A stretch of 39,943 nt of DNA from a virus. Lineage: Duplodnaviria; Caudoviricetes. Below the pieces are notes generated by a model, which did no database searches, was not told where the DNA came from, and worked only from the letters and a program-made list of their open reading frames with translations. Positions 8,598-18,364 of this stretch are shown in pieces. The stretch's first letter is position 1. Each line of letters begins with the position of its first letter. Both the position numbers and the translations under genes were made by a program. The DNA lies in the IMG/VR virus record IMGVR_UViG_3300048016_000221, positions 1-39,943 of that record. One strand, written 5' to 3'.

Positions 8598-8912
8598 ATG
8601 AACCTACCCATCGCTATCTCGACGCCTGTTGAACTCGCGGGCACTCAACTTTTGGCTTCCTTCGATTCTGTCGGCGGACGCATCCAAGGCGCACTCACCA
8701 GCGCCATTGCGGCGGCATCCGGCACCGCCGATTACACTGCGCAGGAATTTTGGAGCGCCCAGGGCACCAATGGTGCCGCCGTGCTCAATGTGTTCAGCAC
8801 ACTCGCCAAAGTCCTTGGCAGCGTATATCCCGAACTAATGGCGCCCGAGATTGCCAGTGCAGGCGATAACCTGATTGTTCACCCCGATGGCACAGTGACC
8901 ATGAAAGCCTAA
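8598..8912 (+). CDS. Hypothetical protein (possible fibre chaperone or accessory)
   Basis: ATG 8598 (MNLPIAIS) 4 nt after the fibre stop. Confidence 0.6.
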   Translation: MNLPIAISTPVELAGTQLLASFDSVGGRIQGALTSAIAAASGTADYTAQEFWSAQGTNGAAVLNVFSTLAKVLGSVYPELMAPEIASAGDNLIVHPDGTVTMKA

Positions 8913-8920
8913 CCTTTCCC

Positions 8921-9226
8921 ATGCCTCACACCCTCAACCTCACCAACGGTGTGCGCCTCTTGGCACACAACCTCCTTCACGTCCCGGATTCCTTCAAGAG
9001 TCCGAGCGAGATTCTGCGGGCTGCCCACCTCATTGAGAAACTGGCTTGCCCCACGGTGACGAACGAAGAGGCCACCGCCGAGTGGCATGACGACGGTGTG
9101 GCCACGCTGGAAGTCACCGAACCGCAGCGCGACTTGCTCAAGGCCGTGGTCGAAAAGCACTTCGCGAAACTGCCACCCTCGAAGCACGTCGTCAGCCTGC
9201 TGACGCAACTCGGATTTGCCGAATGA
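8921..9226 (+). CDS. Hypothetical protein
   Basis: 101 aa, operon spacing, normal codon bias. Confidence 0.65.
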   Translation: MPHTLNLTNGVRLLAHNLLHVPDSFKSPSEILRAAHLIEKLACPTVTNEEATAEWHDDGVATLEVTEPQRDLLKAVVEKHFAKLPPSKHVVSLLTQLGFAE

Positions 9227-9233
9227 TCTGACC

Positions 9234-9434
9234 ATGGTTGACGCCCCTCCAGCACCGACAGAGCACCTGACACGTCTCATCATGGGCGTGAGGGTGCCGT
9301 CGAATCTGACGGGGAGAATCTCGCTGAGACTCAAGGAGTCGGACCAGAAGCTCAAGGAATGCGCGGACGCGGTGGACTGCATTAACAACAAGTTGGCGGA
9401 GATCGCCCACATGGAGGAGGAACACATTGAATGA
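9234..9434 (+). CDS. Hypothetical protein
   Basis: ATG 9234 (MVDAPPAP); stop is ATGA-coupled to 9431. Confidence 0.55.
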   Translation: MVDAPPAPTEHLTRLIMGVRVPSNLTGRISLRLKESDQKLKECADAVDCINNKLAEIAHMEEEHIE

Positions 9435-9730
9435 GCGACGAAACATTGCGGGGACTGAAGGCGGCCAATGCGGAGCTGCTGCGCGAAAAAGCCGAGGCGG
9501 TCAAGGCGTGGCACGAGGAGATTCGCCACACGCTCGCGCACCTCGGCATGGAGGTCGCGACAATCAAAGCTCACATCACCGCGACGTTGCAGCTTCAGGA
9601 GCGCATGGAAACTCTCGAAGTGCGGCTCAAGACACTCGAAGATTTCAAACTCAAGGCGGTCAGCATTCTCGCCGGGGCCATCATGGTGCTCGGCCTGTTC
9701 TGGAAGTTGATCGACAAATTCTGGCCGTGA
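9431..9730 (+). CDS. Holin-like membrane protein (coiled coil plus C-terminal TM helix)
   Basis: ERMETLEVRLKTLEDFK coiled coil then AVSILAGAIMVLGLFW; upstream of the endolysin; XhlA-like holin architecture. Confidence 0.5.
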   Translation: MSDETLRGLKAANAELLREKAEAVKAWHEEIRHTLAHLGMEVATIKAHITATLQLQERMETLEVRLKTLEDFKLKAVSILAGAIMVLGLFWKLIDKFWP

Positions 9731-9799
9731 CCACCGCTGACCACCTCGCTATTGACGACGCCTTCGCCGCTGAACTTTTCGCCCTCGTAAAGTCACACT

Positions 9800-10063
9800 A
9801 TGCTCGAACTACTCCAACGCATTGAACGCCGATTGCTCACGCAGCATTCTCCGCTGTTGGCCGATGCCTACGAGGCGCTGCGCAACGCGGATGCCGCTGG
9901 CATCCACTCGTGTCACGACCATTGCCAGCGCCGCACCTGCGTTCAGCGCCGCCGCATCGTGGAGCTTGAAACCGCCATCCGTGAGACGTTGGCACGCAAC
10001 GCTCACCTCTCAGACGGCGACGACTGCACACTCAAGGAACTCAAGAGGGTTATCGCACCATGA
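9800..10063 (+). CDS. Hypothetical protein
   Basis: 87 aa with a His/Cys cluster (HSCHDHCQRRTC); stop is ATGA-coupled to 10060. Confidence 0.55.
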   Translation: MLELLQRIERRLLTQHSPLLADAYEALRNADAAGIHSCHDHCQRRTCVQRRRIVELETAIRETLARNAHLSDGDDCTLKELKRVIAP

Positions 10064-10548
10064 GAACACTACGCACACCAGCCATTGAGCCGATCAAGGA
10101 CGCCGACTTCGGGTTTGGCCTCTGGCCGTGGTCACGCGGCCCCATGTGGGAGCTGTTGGAGCCGTGGTCATTCACCGTGGACAACGGCGGCTTCACGGAG
10201 AGATATATCATCCCCGAAGGCTACCAGTTCGACAAGGCATCGGTGCCATCCTGCTTCTGGAGCTTCGGTTTCACTCCCGACGGCCTTTGCACCGTGCCTG
10301 CACTGGAGCATGACTTCCTCTGCGACATCTACTCCGGCGGCTCTGACTGGCTGCATACCAAGCTCGCTGCCGTCCCCATCGCGCCTCCCGCGCAGGTCAT
10401 TCACCGCCATTTCTACGACGCGCTCGTACGCTGGGGCATGCGACCATCGAAGGCCCGTGTGATGTGGGAAGGCGTTCGCAACTTCGGCCCCGGCGGGCGC
10501 ATGCGGCCCTCCTCGTGGTTCAAACGCAAAGCGCCCAAACTGCCATGA
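10060..10548 (+). CDS. DUF1353-family protein
   Basis: WELLEPWSF...IPEGYQFDKASVP...PALEHDFLC...MWEGVR.FG motifs characteristic of DUF1353, which is often found near lysis and tail genes. Confidence 0.75.
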   Translation: MRTLRTPAIEPIKDADFGFGLWPWSRGPMWELLEPWSFTVDNGGFTERYIIPEGYQFDKASVPSCFWSFGFTPDGLCTVPALEHDFLCDIYSGGSDWLHTKLAAVPIAPPAQVIHRHFYDALVRWGMRPSKARVMWEGVRNFGPGGRMRPSSWFKRKAPKLP

Positions 10549-10646
10549 CCGCATTCCTCACCACGCCTGAGATCGCTGGCACGCTGTTCGCAGCCGCCGC
10601 CATCGGAATTTTTGTCATCATCGCCCTCAAAAACCCATCGCCATGA
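10545..10646 (+). CDS. 33-aa single-TM peptide (possible lysis accessory or small holin)
   Basis: MTAFLTTPEIAGTLFAAAAIGIFVIIALKNPSP*; ATGA-coupled on both sides; immediately before the amidase. Confidence 0.6.
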   Translation: MTAFLTTPEIAGTLFAAAAIGIFVIIALKNPSP

Positions 10647-11227
10647 ACATCACCTCCGACCACTGGCTTGAAGGTGCCATTCGCCGTCCGCTCGTCGGCG
10701 GTTCAGCGATGCCGACGCGAAGATTCCTCGTGATTCATTTCACCTCGGGAGCTTCTGCCGAAAGCTCCATCAACTTCTGGCGCACGCCAGCGGCCAAAGG
10801 AGCCTCCGCTCACATCGTCATCGACCGTGACGGGACGATCTACCAATGTCGCCCGTTCAACACCACCTGTGGGCATGCGGGCAAGTCGTCGTGGAAGGGT
10901 TTCGACGGGCTGAACTCGTGCTCCATCGGCATCGAACTCGCCAATGCTGGCGATGACACCAAGCTGGCGAAACGGTGGTCGAAGCTGCCGCTCGTGAAGG
11001 CCAAGCATAAAAACGGCGGGACGGAGCAAGAGTGGGAGGCATACCCGTTGGCACAGGTCGCCGCCTGCGAGGCTGTCGCCAAGGCTCTCGTGGCACGCTA
11101 CAATTTGGACGATGCCGTTGGTCATGAGGACATCGCCCCCGCGAGAAAAAATGATCCCGGTCCTGCATTTCCAATGGAGTCTTTGCGCGTAGCATGTGGC
11201 TTCACCACCAAACTTCCAACTCCCTAA
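10643..11227 (+). CDS. Endolysin, N-acetylmuramoyl-L-alanine amidase (Amidase_2/AmpD-like)
   Basis: LVIHFT, ASAHIVIDRDG, HAG, NSCSIGIEL and GHEDIAPARKNDPG zinc-amidase motifs. Confidence 0.92.
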   Translation: MNITSDHWLEGAIRRPLVGGSAMPTRRFLVIHFTSGASAESSINFWRTPAAKGASAHIVIDRDGTIYQCRPFNTTCGHAGKSSWKGFDGLNSCSIGIELANAGDDTKLAKRWSKLPLVKAKHKNGGTEQEWEAYPLAQVAACEAVAKALVARYNLDDAVGHEDIAPARKNDPGPAFPMESLRVACGFTTKLPTP

Positions 11228-11233
11228 ACTGTC

Positions 11234-11629
11234 ATGGCTAAAACCGTATATCTCATCCGCCTCGACGGCACGTTCGCCCGGATCACGGACATTGTGGCAG
11301 ACCCAGAGTTGGTCAACATGACCGGCAAGGGAGAGCCGTATCGCGATACGTTCCAAAGCTCGGCCTCAGTAAGAGATCAAGTTGGCGGAGTTCACTCTTG
11401 GACGGGGCCAATGAATCTTTCTCAGCTAACTGGTGCCGCTGGAGTCATTACCCCGACTGGCACCGACTCTGATGATGTGTCACACGAACCTCCACGTCAG
11501 GCCGATCAGGTTTACACTTTCTGGAAGTTCACTTGGGCTACTGTCGCCGCCACCCCCCGGTTCACCTATGCCGAGTTCCGCCGTGGTGACATCATTGCCG
11601 ACACTGCTCCCAACACCGATCCATCCTGA
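11234..11629 (+). CDS. Hypothetical, probable virion structural protein
   Basis: 131 aa, Thr-rich and beta-like, within the structural operon. Confidence 0.55.
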   Translation: MAKTVYLIRLDGTFARITDIVADPELVNMTGKGEPYRDTFQSSASVRDQVGGVHSWTGPMNLSQLTGAAGVITPTGTDSDDVSHEPPRQADQVYTFWKFTWATVAATPRFTYAEFRRGDIIADTAPNTDPS

Positions 11630-12483
11630 TGTCCACGTTCAAGCCATCGAACCCGCCGAAGGCCAGAGCCACCACGTCCAAGCCGGATGAGGGCAAGTAC
11701 TTCAGCTTGGTGCCGACGCCCAACCCGCGAGAGATGGCGGTGGTGGTGCGGGAATCTGCGGCCACGTTCAACCCGACGCAGGTGCCGGAGATTGGCACGG
11801 CGTACAAGGACAGCTCGTTCTTGTCGGTGAGGCCGCGCATTCAACTGCAAGGCTTCAAAGACTACGTGCTGCTGAACTTCGGCAAGGACGGTGACAATCT
11901 CTGGTTCAAATATGGCAAGAACAAGGTGCTCTCCGATGAAGCTACCCGGTTCCGCACGTTCTTCACCACGCAGCGTTTTACGTGGCCCGCCGTGCTGGAG
12001 GACTTGTATGTGGTGCAGACGCGAGAATTTGAGCAGGCCGTGTATAACGGCACTGACACACAGACGCAGCCCAGCTACTTCCCGAGGTACACTTTCCGGC
12101 CCGCCGCTTCGGTGAGCACGGTAGTCTTGGTAGAGCAGTTTCTGTCTCCGACGCCATGGACCAGAGCCGACATCACCCATCGCCAGCCGATCCCGACTGG
12201 GGTGCATGCGAGCTGGGTAGGTTTGGAGTTTGATTTTCAAGAGTGTCTGCATCCAGCCATCGTGATCCCGGAGAAGGTGCCGGGTGCCAGCGTTGTTTCC
12301 GGCGTGGGAGTGTTGGCGGCACCGTCGGCCCGCAACCTTCAGCGGAAGTACCTTCCTGAGACAAACTTCCTCGACTGGGCATCTTTCATCTATGACGACT
12401 CCGTGCAGCCCACCGACGGGTTTTGGCTGCGCGAACGTGCCACCTACTACCCGCCAGCCCGTCCACAGGAGGCAACAGTATGA
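11629..12483 (+). CDS. Hypothetical, probable tail or virion structural protein
   Basis: 284 aa, Pro/Val/aromatic beta-rich; coupled to both neighbours. Confidence 0.55.
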   Translation: MSTFKPSNPPKARATTSKPDEGKYFSLVPTPNPREMAVVVRESAATFNPTQVPEIGTAYKDSSFLSVRPRIQLQGFKDYVLLNFGKDGDNLWFKYGKNKVLSDEATRFRTFFTTQRFTWPAVLEDLYVVQTREFEQAVYNGTDTQTQPSYFPRYTFRPAASVSTVVLVEQFLSPTPWTRADITHRQPIPTGVHASWVGLEFDFQECLHPAIVIPEKVPGASVVSGVGVLAAPSARNLQRKYLPETNFLDWASFIYDDSVQPTDGFWLRERATYYPPARPQEATV

Positions 12484-13268
12484 TCCGCACCACCGCTGGA
12501 GAATTTCAACCTGACAGTCTGTTCCAACGGAAGAGCACTCCGCAAGGATATGGCGGCATCGGCGTGGACTTCTCCCGCTCAGGCAACGGGATTCATGCGG
12601 TGCCGAAACCGGTGATCAAATCAACGCAGATCGGTTCGGGACCACGCGGCGGGCCGGGGCCAACGGGAAGTCAAGGGCCAACAGGAGCAGCTTCGACAGT
12701 TCCAGGCCCCACGGGAAGTCAAGGGCCAACAGGTGCAGCTTCGACAGTTCCAGGCCCCACGGGGCTTCAAGGGCCTCAAGGGCCTCAAGGGCCAACAGGT
12801 GCAGCTTCGACAGTTCCAGGCCCCACGGGGCCTCAAGGACCGCAAGGGCCTCAAGGGCCAACAGGTGCAGCTTCGACAGTTCCAGGCCCCACGGGGCCTC
12901 AAGGACCGCAAGGGCCAACAGGTGCAGCTTCGACAGTTCCAGGCCCCACGGGACCCACGGGGCCAAAAGGCAGCTTCGTAAAAACGGACTCCGGCATCTA
13001 CGAGCTGGCGTGCGCCGAAGGAACCCGCCCGTATTTTTTCCACATCCGCCCTGTTTCTGAGGTCATACCAGAAGCATTCCTTGAAACTGTTACAGGCGAT
13101 CTGATGCGTTTTCCCTCCCATGACGGAAAGCATGAGCTTTGCTTCGCCATCCGCAAAGAGTTTCCTGATTGGTTCATGCCGCGCTCCAACGAGAAGCAGC
13201 GGTTGCATTCAGTGCGGTGGTGGGGCAACGAGTACCTGCCTCCTGAACAGCGAGGACCATCCGCATGA
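12480..13268 (+). CDS. Collagen-like fibre protein
   Basis: ATG 12480 overlaps the upstream TGA; central G-P-T/G-P-Q triplets interrupted five times by AASTVP; globular C-terminal domain. Confidence 0.85.
   Translation: MIRTTAGEFQPDSLFQRKSTPQGYGGIGVDFSRSGNGIHAVPKPVIKSTQIGSGPRGGPGPTGSQGPTGAASTVPGPTGSQGPTGAASTVPGPTGLQGPQGPQGPTGAASTVPGPTGPQGPQGPQGPTGAASTVPGPTGPQGPQGPTGAASTVPGPTGPTGPKGSFVKTDSGIYELACAEGTRPYFFHIRPVSEVIPEAFLETVTGDLMRFPSHDGKHELCFAIRKEFPDWFMPRSNEKQRLHSVRWWGNEYLPPEQRGPSA
12675..12952 (+). repeat. Coding tandem repeat: five 41-bp units with variable 9-bp spacer units
   Basis: GGGCCAACAGGWGCAGCTTCGACAGTTCCAGGCCCCACGGG at 12675, 12723, 12789, 12855 and 12912 (periods 48, 66, 66, 57, i.e. 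48+9n). Confidence 0.95.
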
Positions 13269-13885
13269 GCACTTCCACTGGCGACAACGAAAAACCCTAC
13301 TGCGTTGCGATTGTAGCAATGGGGCCGAGCCATGCTGAATATGTAGCTGAATGCCTTGCCAAGTCTTCGCGGTTTGCGGTTGCCGATGAAACGTGGGCCA
13401 TCAACGCCATGGGAGGAGTCATCAACCATGACCGCCTCATCTGCATGGATGCGCTGCCCTATTTTGCCAAAGCCGCTCGATCTGAGAACCCGCCACTTGC
13501 TGGATATGGTGACTGGCTGCACCGTCACCGGGGACCAGTTTACACTCAACGAGAGTACGAAGGTTTTCCCGGCTCGGTTGAGTACCCGTTGAAAGAGGTG
13601 CTGCATGCTTGTGGCTACGCCTATTTCAACAACACCGTCGCCTACGCGGTGGGCCTCGCCCTTCTGATGCAGGTCAAACACCTGAAGCTCTACGGGTGTG
13701 ACTTTACCGCAGGCCAACACGCCGATGGTCAGACCGGCAGGGCGTGCGTCGAGTATTGGTTGGCTAATTGCATCCACCGTGGCATGAAAGTCACCATTGC
13801 TTCCACATCCACCCTTTGTGATCAGAAGACCGGTCGAGTGCTTTATGGATACTCTTCTCCACCAAATAACGACGTGCCGGGTTGA
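13265..13885 (+). CDS. Maf/DUF115 (MptE-like, GT29-like fold) putative glycosyltransferase
   Basis: [45 protein letters not shown] match the GxGPS ... N ... D ... LxGxD pattern; ATGA-coupled to the collagen-like gene. Confidence 0.55.
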   Translation: MSTSTGDNEKPYCVAIVAMGPSHAEYVAECLAKSSRFAVADETWAINAMGGVINHDRLICMDALPYFAKAARSENPPLAGYGDWLHRHRGPVYTQREYEGFPGSVEYPLKEVLHACGYAYFNNTVAYAVGLALLMQVKHLKLYGCDFTAGQHADGQTGRACVEYWLANCIHRGMKVTIASTSTLCDQKTGRVLYGYSSPPNNDVPG

Positions 13886-13915
13886 CCAGAGGTGCCAGCA
13901 GTGCTACACAAGCAC

Positions 13916-14431
13916 ATGAACCCAACAACAAACGACGTGAAACGCTTCAACTCCTACGCTGACAAAACCAATGTGCTCGGCTGCTGGCCTTGGCAGGGGG
14001 CAGTCAACTCATCGGGGTATGGCAAATTTTGGATGGGGGGCCAGACGGTGCCCGCACATCGAGTCTCGTTCATTTTGCATCAAGGTCCAATTCCTGATGG
14101 AAGCATCATAGTGCATTCTTGCGCAGACCGGACATGCGTTAATCCTGCACACCTTCAGGCGGGAACCCATCGGCAAAACATGCAAGACATGGTTCTCAAA
14201 GGCAACTCGTTGAAAGGAGAGAAAAACTTCTCCGCAAAACTAACTCAAGCGCAGGTGCAGAATATCATCCTCAGTCTCCAACAAAAAGTGCCTCATCGAG
14301 TTCTAGCTCGCACCTCTGGAGTATCCCGAAATACCATTCGAGGCATTGCCACCAAGAGGATTTGGACGCATGTGTGGAACCAGATGGCTGCTGTTTTGAA
14401 GGCCCCAAGTTCCGCTGAAACCCAGATTTGA
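13916..14431 (+). CDS. HNH endonuclease (HNH_3 type) with C-terminal HTH
   Basis: CWPWQG..GYGKF..AHRVSF..G.IPDG..HSC....CVNPAHL..GT..QNMQD..GEKNFSAKLT; more AT-rich than its flanks; ATG 13916 preferred. Confidence 0.9.
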   Translation: MNPTTNDVKRFNSYADKTNVLGCWPWQGAVNSSGYGKFWMGGQTVPAHRVSFILHQGPIPDGSIIVHSCADRTCVNPAHLQAGTHRQNMQDMVLKGNSLKGEKNFSAKLTQAQVQNIILSLQQKVPHRVLARTSGVSRNTIRGIATKRIWTHVWNQMAAVLKAPSSAETQI

Positions 14432-14455
14432 CTCCCGCCTGAAATCTCATACCCT
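14428..14455 (+). promoter_or_regulatory. Sigma70-like promoter, same architecture as the capsid promoter
   Basis: TTGACT (14428-14433) - 16 bp - TACCCT (14450-14455), 8 nt before ATG 14464. Confidence 0.55.
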
Positions 14456-14463
14456 CCACCGCT

Positions 14464-15771
14464 ATGACCACCGAAGAAGCACGCGCAGCACGCACCGCAC
14501 GCACAGCGCAGCAGCGCGGTGACGCGACAACCTTTCGCGGGTTCAGGAAGGACAACAACCCCGTCGATGAACAGGGCTATCGCGAAGACGGGCGGAAGCG
14601 GAGCAAAGGGTACTCACCTCCCCCGCCGTACAGCAACGTGGACTACTCGACCTACCTCAATCAAGGGTTGCGACACGAAGATGCGGTTCGGGCTGCGCAG
14701 AAGCTGCGCCGTGAGGGCAATAGGATCAGTCCTGACGGCAAGATCGTTCCCGACGACAATGTGTCTGACCGAGTAAAACGTCTGCGAGAAGAACACACCC
14801 GGCAAGCGAACGGCACCGCCCGAGAAGTGCGGCATTCCGTTAAAAAAGGCCCAACCGATCAGCAGCGTGGATGGGCGCAGAAGTTTCAGGAGGGCCAGCC
14901 CAAAGAGTCTCAACCAACCGTTCAGGACAAGGCGGGATTCAACCCCATGTCTCCCGGTGCTGATGAAGTGCCAGCAAGTTCTGCCGCCCCAAAACAGCCA
15001 CCCAATTTCTCCCGCTCCGCTCTGGTTGAAGGAGCAAAGCGTTCCGGCGATTTTGACGGTGTCCGCAAGGACTACAACACCAAAGCTGCGGGAACCGGCA
15101 TGCAGATGGATGGCAATGGCCTCATCAAGGAGAGGAGCAAAACCGCGTCCGGCCCTGATGGCACGTCTGACTATGCCCGCGACAAGTGGGGAGCTGCGGC
15201 GGAGGACATCCGTGCTCGCCGCGATTTCGCCTCGGGGCGCACCGTCACCACGTCTGGCACCACAGGCTTGTCTCCCGATCCGTCTGATCCTTTTCCAAAT
15301 ACGGGTGCGGCAAACTCCCCGCCTCCAACCCAAGCCGCCGATTTTCGTCGCACTATCGGCAGTAAATATGGCACCGGCAGCAACGTCAGTCGTCAACCCG
15401 GCGATCCCTCTGGCGGCACGATGCCTGACCCTCTCACCAACAAGCAGGTGCCAGTGCGCCAATGGGCGGCGGATCAAAGTGCAGTGCAAGCCACCAAGCA
15501 GGGGCCAGACACTGGGCGGGCAGGTGAGGACTTCTTCAAACCGGCGCAGGTTCGCCAGAGTGTGCAAGGTGGCACTTCAGGAGCCAAAGGCAGCACAGAC
15601 ACCGCCTCCACAACCCCCGGCCCTCCAGAGGTCAACGTCATCACCCCCAAGGATATTCCCGCTGACTCGCCTCTGGCTGCGTACGCAAACGCTCCAGCGG
15701 CAGCCGAAGAGGAGCGCCCCTTCAAGCCAGCGCAACTCCGCCGTAACCTGAAACGGAGGATGGTGGCGTGA
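14464..15771 (+). CDS. Disordered basic protein, probable internal virion or ejection protein
   Basis: 435 aa, R/G/P/S/T/Q-rich with few hydrophobics; FKPAQ(V/L)R occurs twice near the C-terminus; located in the tail/ejection block. Confidence 0.5.
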   Translation: MTTEEARAARTARTAQQRGDATTFRGFRKDNNPVDEQGYREDGRKRSKGYSPPPPYSNVDYSTYLNQGLRHEDAVRAAQKLRREGNRISPDGKIVPDDNVSDRVKRLREEHTRQANGTAREVRHSVKKGPTDQQRGWAQKFQEGQPKESQPTVQDKAGFNPMSPGADEVPASSAAPKQPPNFSRSALVEGAKRSGDFDGVRKDYNTKAAGTGMQMDGNGLIKERSKTASGPDGTSDYARDKWGAAAEDIRARRDFASGRTVTTSGTTGLSPDPSDPFPNTGAANSPPPTQAADFRRTIGSKYGTGSNVSRQPGDPSGGTMPDPLTNKQVPVRQWAADQSAVQATKQGPDTGRAGEDFFKPAQVRQSVQGGTSGAKGSTDTASTTPGPPEVNVITPKDIPADSPLAAYANAPAAAEEERPFKPAQLRRNLKRRMVA

Positions 15772-16706
15772 ACAGCCGCCTCACGCTGGCACAGGTGCGG
15801 GCTATCCTGTCACCGATGATCAACCCGGACGACCCGAACGACCCGTTGGTCCTGTCCATGATCAACGAGGTGTCGGAGAGGTACATCTACTCCGGCAAGT
15901 GGAAGGGCAGTGTCATCACGTTGCGGATCGCCTCCTCCACCGGTGTCATCACGCTGCCGTTCAACTATGCCGCCGTGCTGGCGATGACGTACAACAAGTG
16001 TCCCTTTCCCGTGTTCACCGAGTTCCATCAGTATGTGGAAGAAGGTCCAGGCAAGGTGGACGAGGCTTTGAACTGGCCGGGCATCCTGCTCGACCTCGGC
16101 GACGGCTTCTGCACGCAGACCGATCCCGCCGCTGCGAGCCTCATCCGCGTCTATTCGTCGGCGGCAGACAACGCTGACGTGGTACGTATCTACGGCAAGC
16201 TCAACGGCGCGATTGTCTATGACGCCTCGGGCAATGAGGGAGAGGCCGTCACACTCGCGGCCCCGTTCGTCACCACCACCAACCAGTTCGACGAGATCAC
16301 CGGCTTCACCAAGCCCCTCACCTCTGCCCGCGTTTACCTCAAAGGTTGGGACGGTGCGACCGAGACGTTGTTGGCGACCTACCAGCCCAACGAGACGGTG
16401 CCAGTGTATCGCCGCTACCAAACCGGCGTCTGTGAGCAGGAGATTCGCATCATCTGTCAGCGCCGGTTCATCCCCGTGGTGGCTGAGACGGACTTCGTAA
16501 TCCCCGGCAACATCTCCGCACTGCGGGCGGGCATCCAAGCGCGCCTGTTCGAGGACGCCACCGACCCTGATGCCGCCGATGCCTCGTTCACTCGCGGGTT
16601 GAATTTCCTCAATGACGAGGCCAAGGCGTCTCGCGGCGGCGGTCGTGCCACGCTCAATCTGAATCCCGCACCGTGGGCCATGTCCACGGCGCAAAACGCC
16701 ACCTGA
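15768..16706 (+). CDS. Putative head-tail adaptor / tail tubular protein A-like
   Basis: N-terminal helices (LTLAQVR...LSMINEVSER), ITLP motif, beta insertion, C-terminal helices (ALRAGIQARLFED...FTRGLNFLNDE); layout typical of podovirus adaptors. Confidence 0.5.
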   Translation: MNSRLTLAQVRAILSPMINPDDPNDPLVLSMINEVSERYIYSGKWKGSVITLRIASSTGVITLPFNYAAVLAMTYNKCPFPVFTEFHQYVEEGPGKVDEALNWPGILLDLGDGFCTQTDPAAASLIRVYSSAADNADVVRIYGKLNGAIVYDASGNEGEAVTLAAPFVTTTNQFDEITGFTKPLTSARVYLKGWDGATETLLATYQPNETVPVYRRYQTGVCEQEIRIICQRRFIPVVAETDFVIPGNISALRAGIQARLFEDATDPDAADASFTRGLNFLNDEAKASRGGGRATLNLNPAPWAMSTAQNAT

Positions 16707-16708
16707 CC

Positions 16709-18364
16709 ATGCCCCGAGACGCTTTCGCACAACTTGGCATCTCTCGCCGACCAGCCTTCCAGTTGTTCGGCACGCCGGACGTGTCTGCTGGAGCGGCAGG
16801 CGGTTGGACCCCAGCCGCTATTCAGGCCGTGGCAGACGAACAGATGCTGGCAGAAGAGGCCCGGGCGGCAGAGGACGAGCGCATCGCCCGCGAAGATGCT
16901 CGGGCCGACGCCGCCCGCAAGCGCGATGCCGAGGCCAAGGCAGATCAGTTTCAACAGATGCCGGTGTCATCGCGGCAGCGTTTTCTCGAAGAGGAAGGGC
17001 CAGCCATGGTCGCTTCGCCGCGCTACAACGAGATGCTGCGGCACCAGGAGCAGTTCGAGCCGTCGTATGCGGATAAAACCCTGGCCAAGAGCCTTGCTTT
17101 GAAGATTGAAGACCCTGACGACAGAAACAATTTCCTCGCCGATGTGGCCGCAGGCAAAGGCACTTTCGCGGCTCTTGAGGGAGTGGACAGGGCCAGGTTT
17201 AACCGCGTCCAGGAGTCGCGGCTGGGGGAAGTTGGGTTCGGTCGTGAAGAACGGGAGGCTCTCCGAGCAAACGGTCGGTACGATGAAGCTCAGGTCAACT
17301 TCGAGATCGCCAAAAGAAAGCGGGAGAACGAGCATGGTAGAGACCCCGAAGCAATTCGTCTCCGCGAACTGTACAAAAACGCCGCCGAGATGGTGACACA
17401 CAGCGCCAAGATGGACCTCATGGGCAAGGCAGACCCCGAACTGGTGAAGCGGATGACCGAGCACGGGAACGCGCTCGACAAATACCTGACCACCAAAGCA
17501 AAAGGGCAGCCGACCACCACGCCGGTTGGCACGGGCACGGTGCTGCGCCCTGTGGAGGCACCTGCTGCCTCGCCTCAAACCGTTCCCAGCACAACGACGC
17601 GTCCTTTCAAAGAAGTCATGGCGGGAGGTGCTACGCCGCTTGCTACGGTGGCGGCGCAACCTGCGGACATCCAAAAGCAGTTGGATGAGCACATGGATTC
17701 CCCCGAAGTGGATGACAAGTTCTTCTCCACGTTGATTGCCAACCCCAGCATCCCCATTGAAGCCAAGCAGAAGGCGCTGGAAAAGTTTCGCGCTTATGTG
17801 GCAAACCCGCCAGCCGATCCGGCGCTGGATGTGGCGGGCACGCTGGCACGTCGAGCCGACTTGAAAGACCTGCTGGTGAAAGCCGAGGAGGAAGTTAAAT
17901 TCCACCCTGAGCGGGAGAAATTCAACCAAGCGTGGGATGCTTCCAAAACAGAGATTGACCGCATGGTGGATAATTTCGCTAAGCGGCTCAACCTTCCTAA
18001 AAGCAGCGTTCTAAAATCCTTGGCCAAGGGGGCCACGCTCGAAATCCCCGGACGCGGACCCGTGCCAATGGAAGACCTTTTGGTGGAAGAGATGGATGCC
18101 GCTGCCGGGAAACCACTCGCTCCTGAAGCAGCCGCAAGAGGTGGAAACAAACCCCATCCTTTTTGGGGGATGGAAGCCTCCGCTTTGCAACCATTCAAGA
18201 GTTCGCGGTTTGCTGGACGGCTGGGAACGAAGGTCGGGCTATGGCCCGTCATGCAAACTCAGAGGTCAGTCCTCGATGCTTACTTGAAGGATCAACAGCC
18301 CGCCGCTAAACCCGTGGCTGCATCACCACCGGTCAGAATCAAGTCCATAACCCCCATCAACTAA
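16709..18364 (+). CDS. Probable internal virion (ejection) protein
   Basis: 551 aa from ATG 16709; helical and charged; immediately precedes the giant gene (TAA-ATG adjacent). Confidence 0.55.
   Translation: MPRDAFAQLGISRRPAFQLFGTPDVSAGAAGGWTPAAIQAVADEQMLAEEARAAEDERIAREDARADAARKRDAEAKADQFQQMPVSSRQRFLEEEGPAMVASPRYNEMLRHQEQFEPSYADKTLAKSLALKIEDPDDRNNFLADVAAGKGTFAALEGVDRARFNRVQESRLGEVGFGREEREALRANGRYDEAQVNFEIAKRKRENEHGRDPEAIRLRELYKNAAEMVTHSAKMDLMGKADPELVKRMTEHGNALDKYLTTKAKGQPTTTPVGTGTVLRPVEAPAASPQTVPSTTTRPFKEVMAGGATPLATVAAQPADIQKQLDEHMDSPEVDDKFFSTLIANPSIPIEAKQKALEKFRAYVANPPADPALDVAGTLARRADLKDLLVKAEEEVKFHPEREKFNQAWDASKTEIDRMVDNFAKRLNLPKSSVLKSLAKGATLEIPGRGPVPMEDLLVEEMDAAAGKPLAPEAAARGGNKPHPFWGMEASALQPFKSSRFAGRLGTKVGLWPVMQTQRSVLDAYLKDQQPAAKPVAASPPVRIKSITPIN

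Noticed and set aside
9727-9825. Possible 32-aa ORF MTTADHLAIDDAFAAELFALVKSHYARTTPTH
   Set aside because: The GTGA coupling is plausible, but it overlaps 9800 by 26 nt and is too short to support.
12675-12952. CRISPR-like repeat array
   Set aside because: Spacers are only 7-25 bp, built from the same 9-bp unit, keep the reading frame and encode collagen triplets; there are no cas genes.
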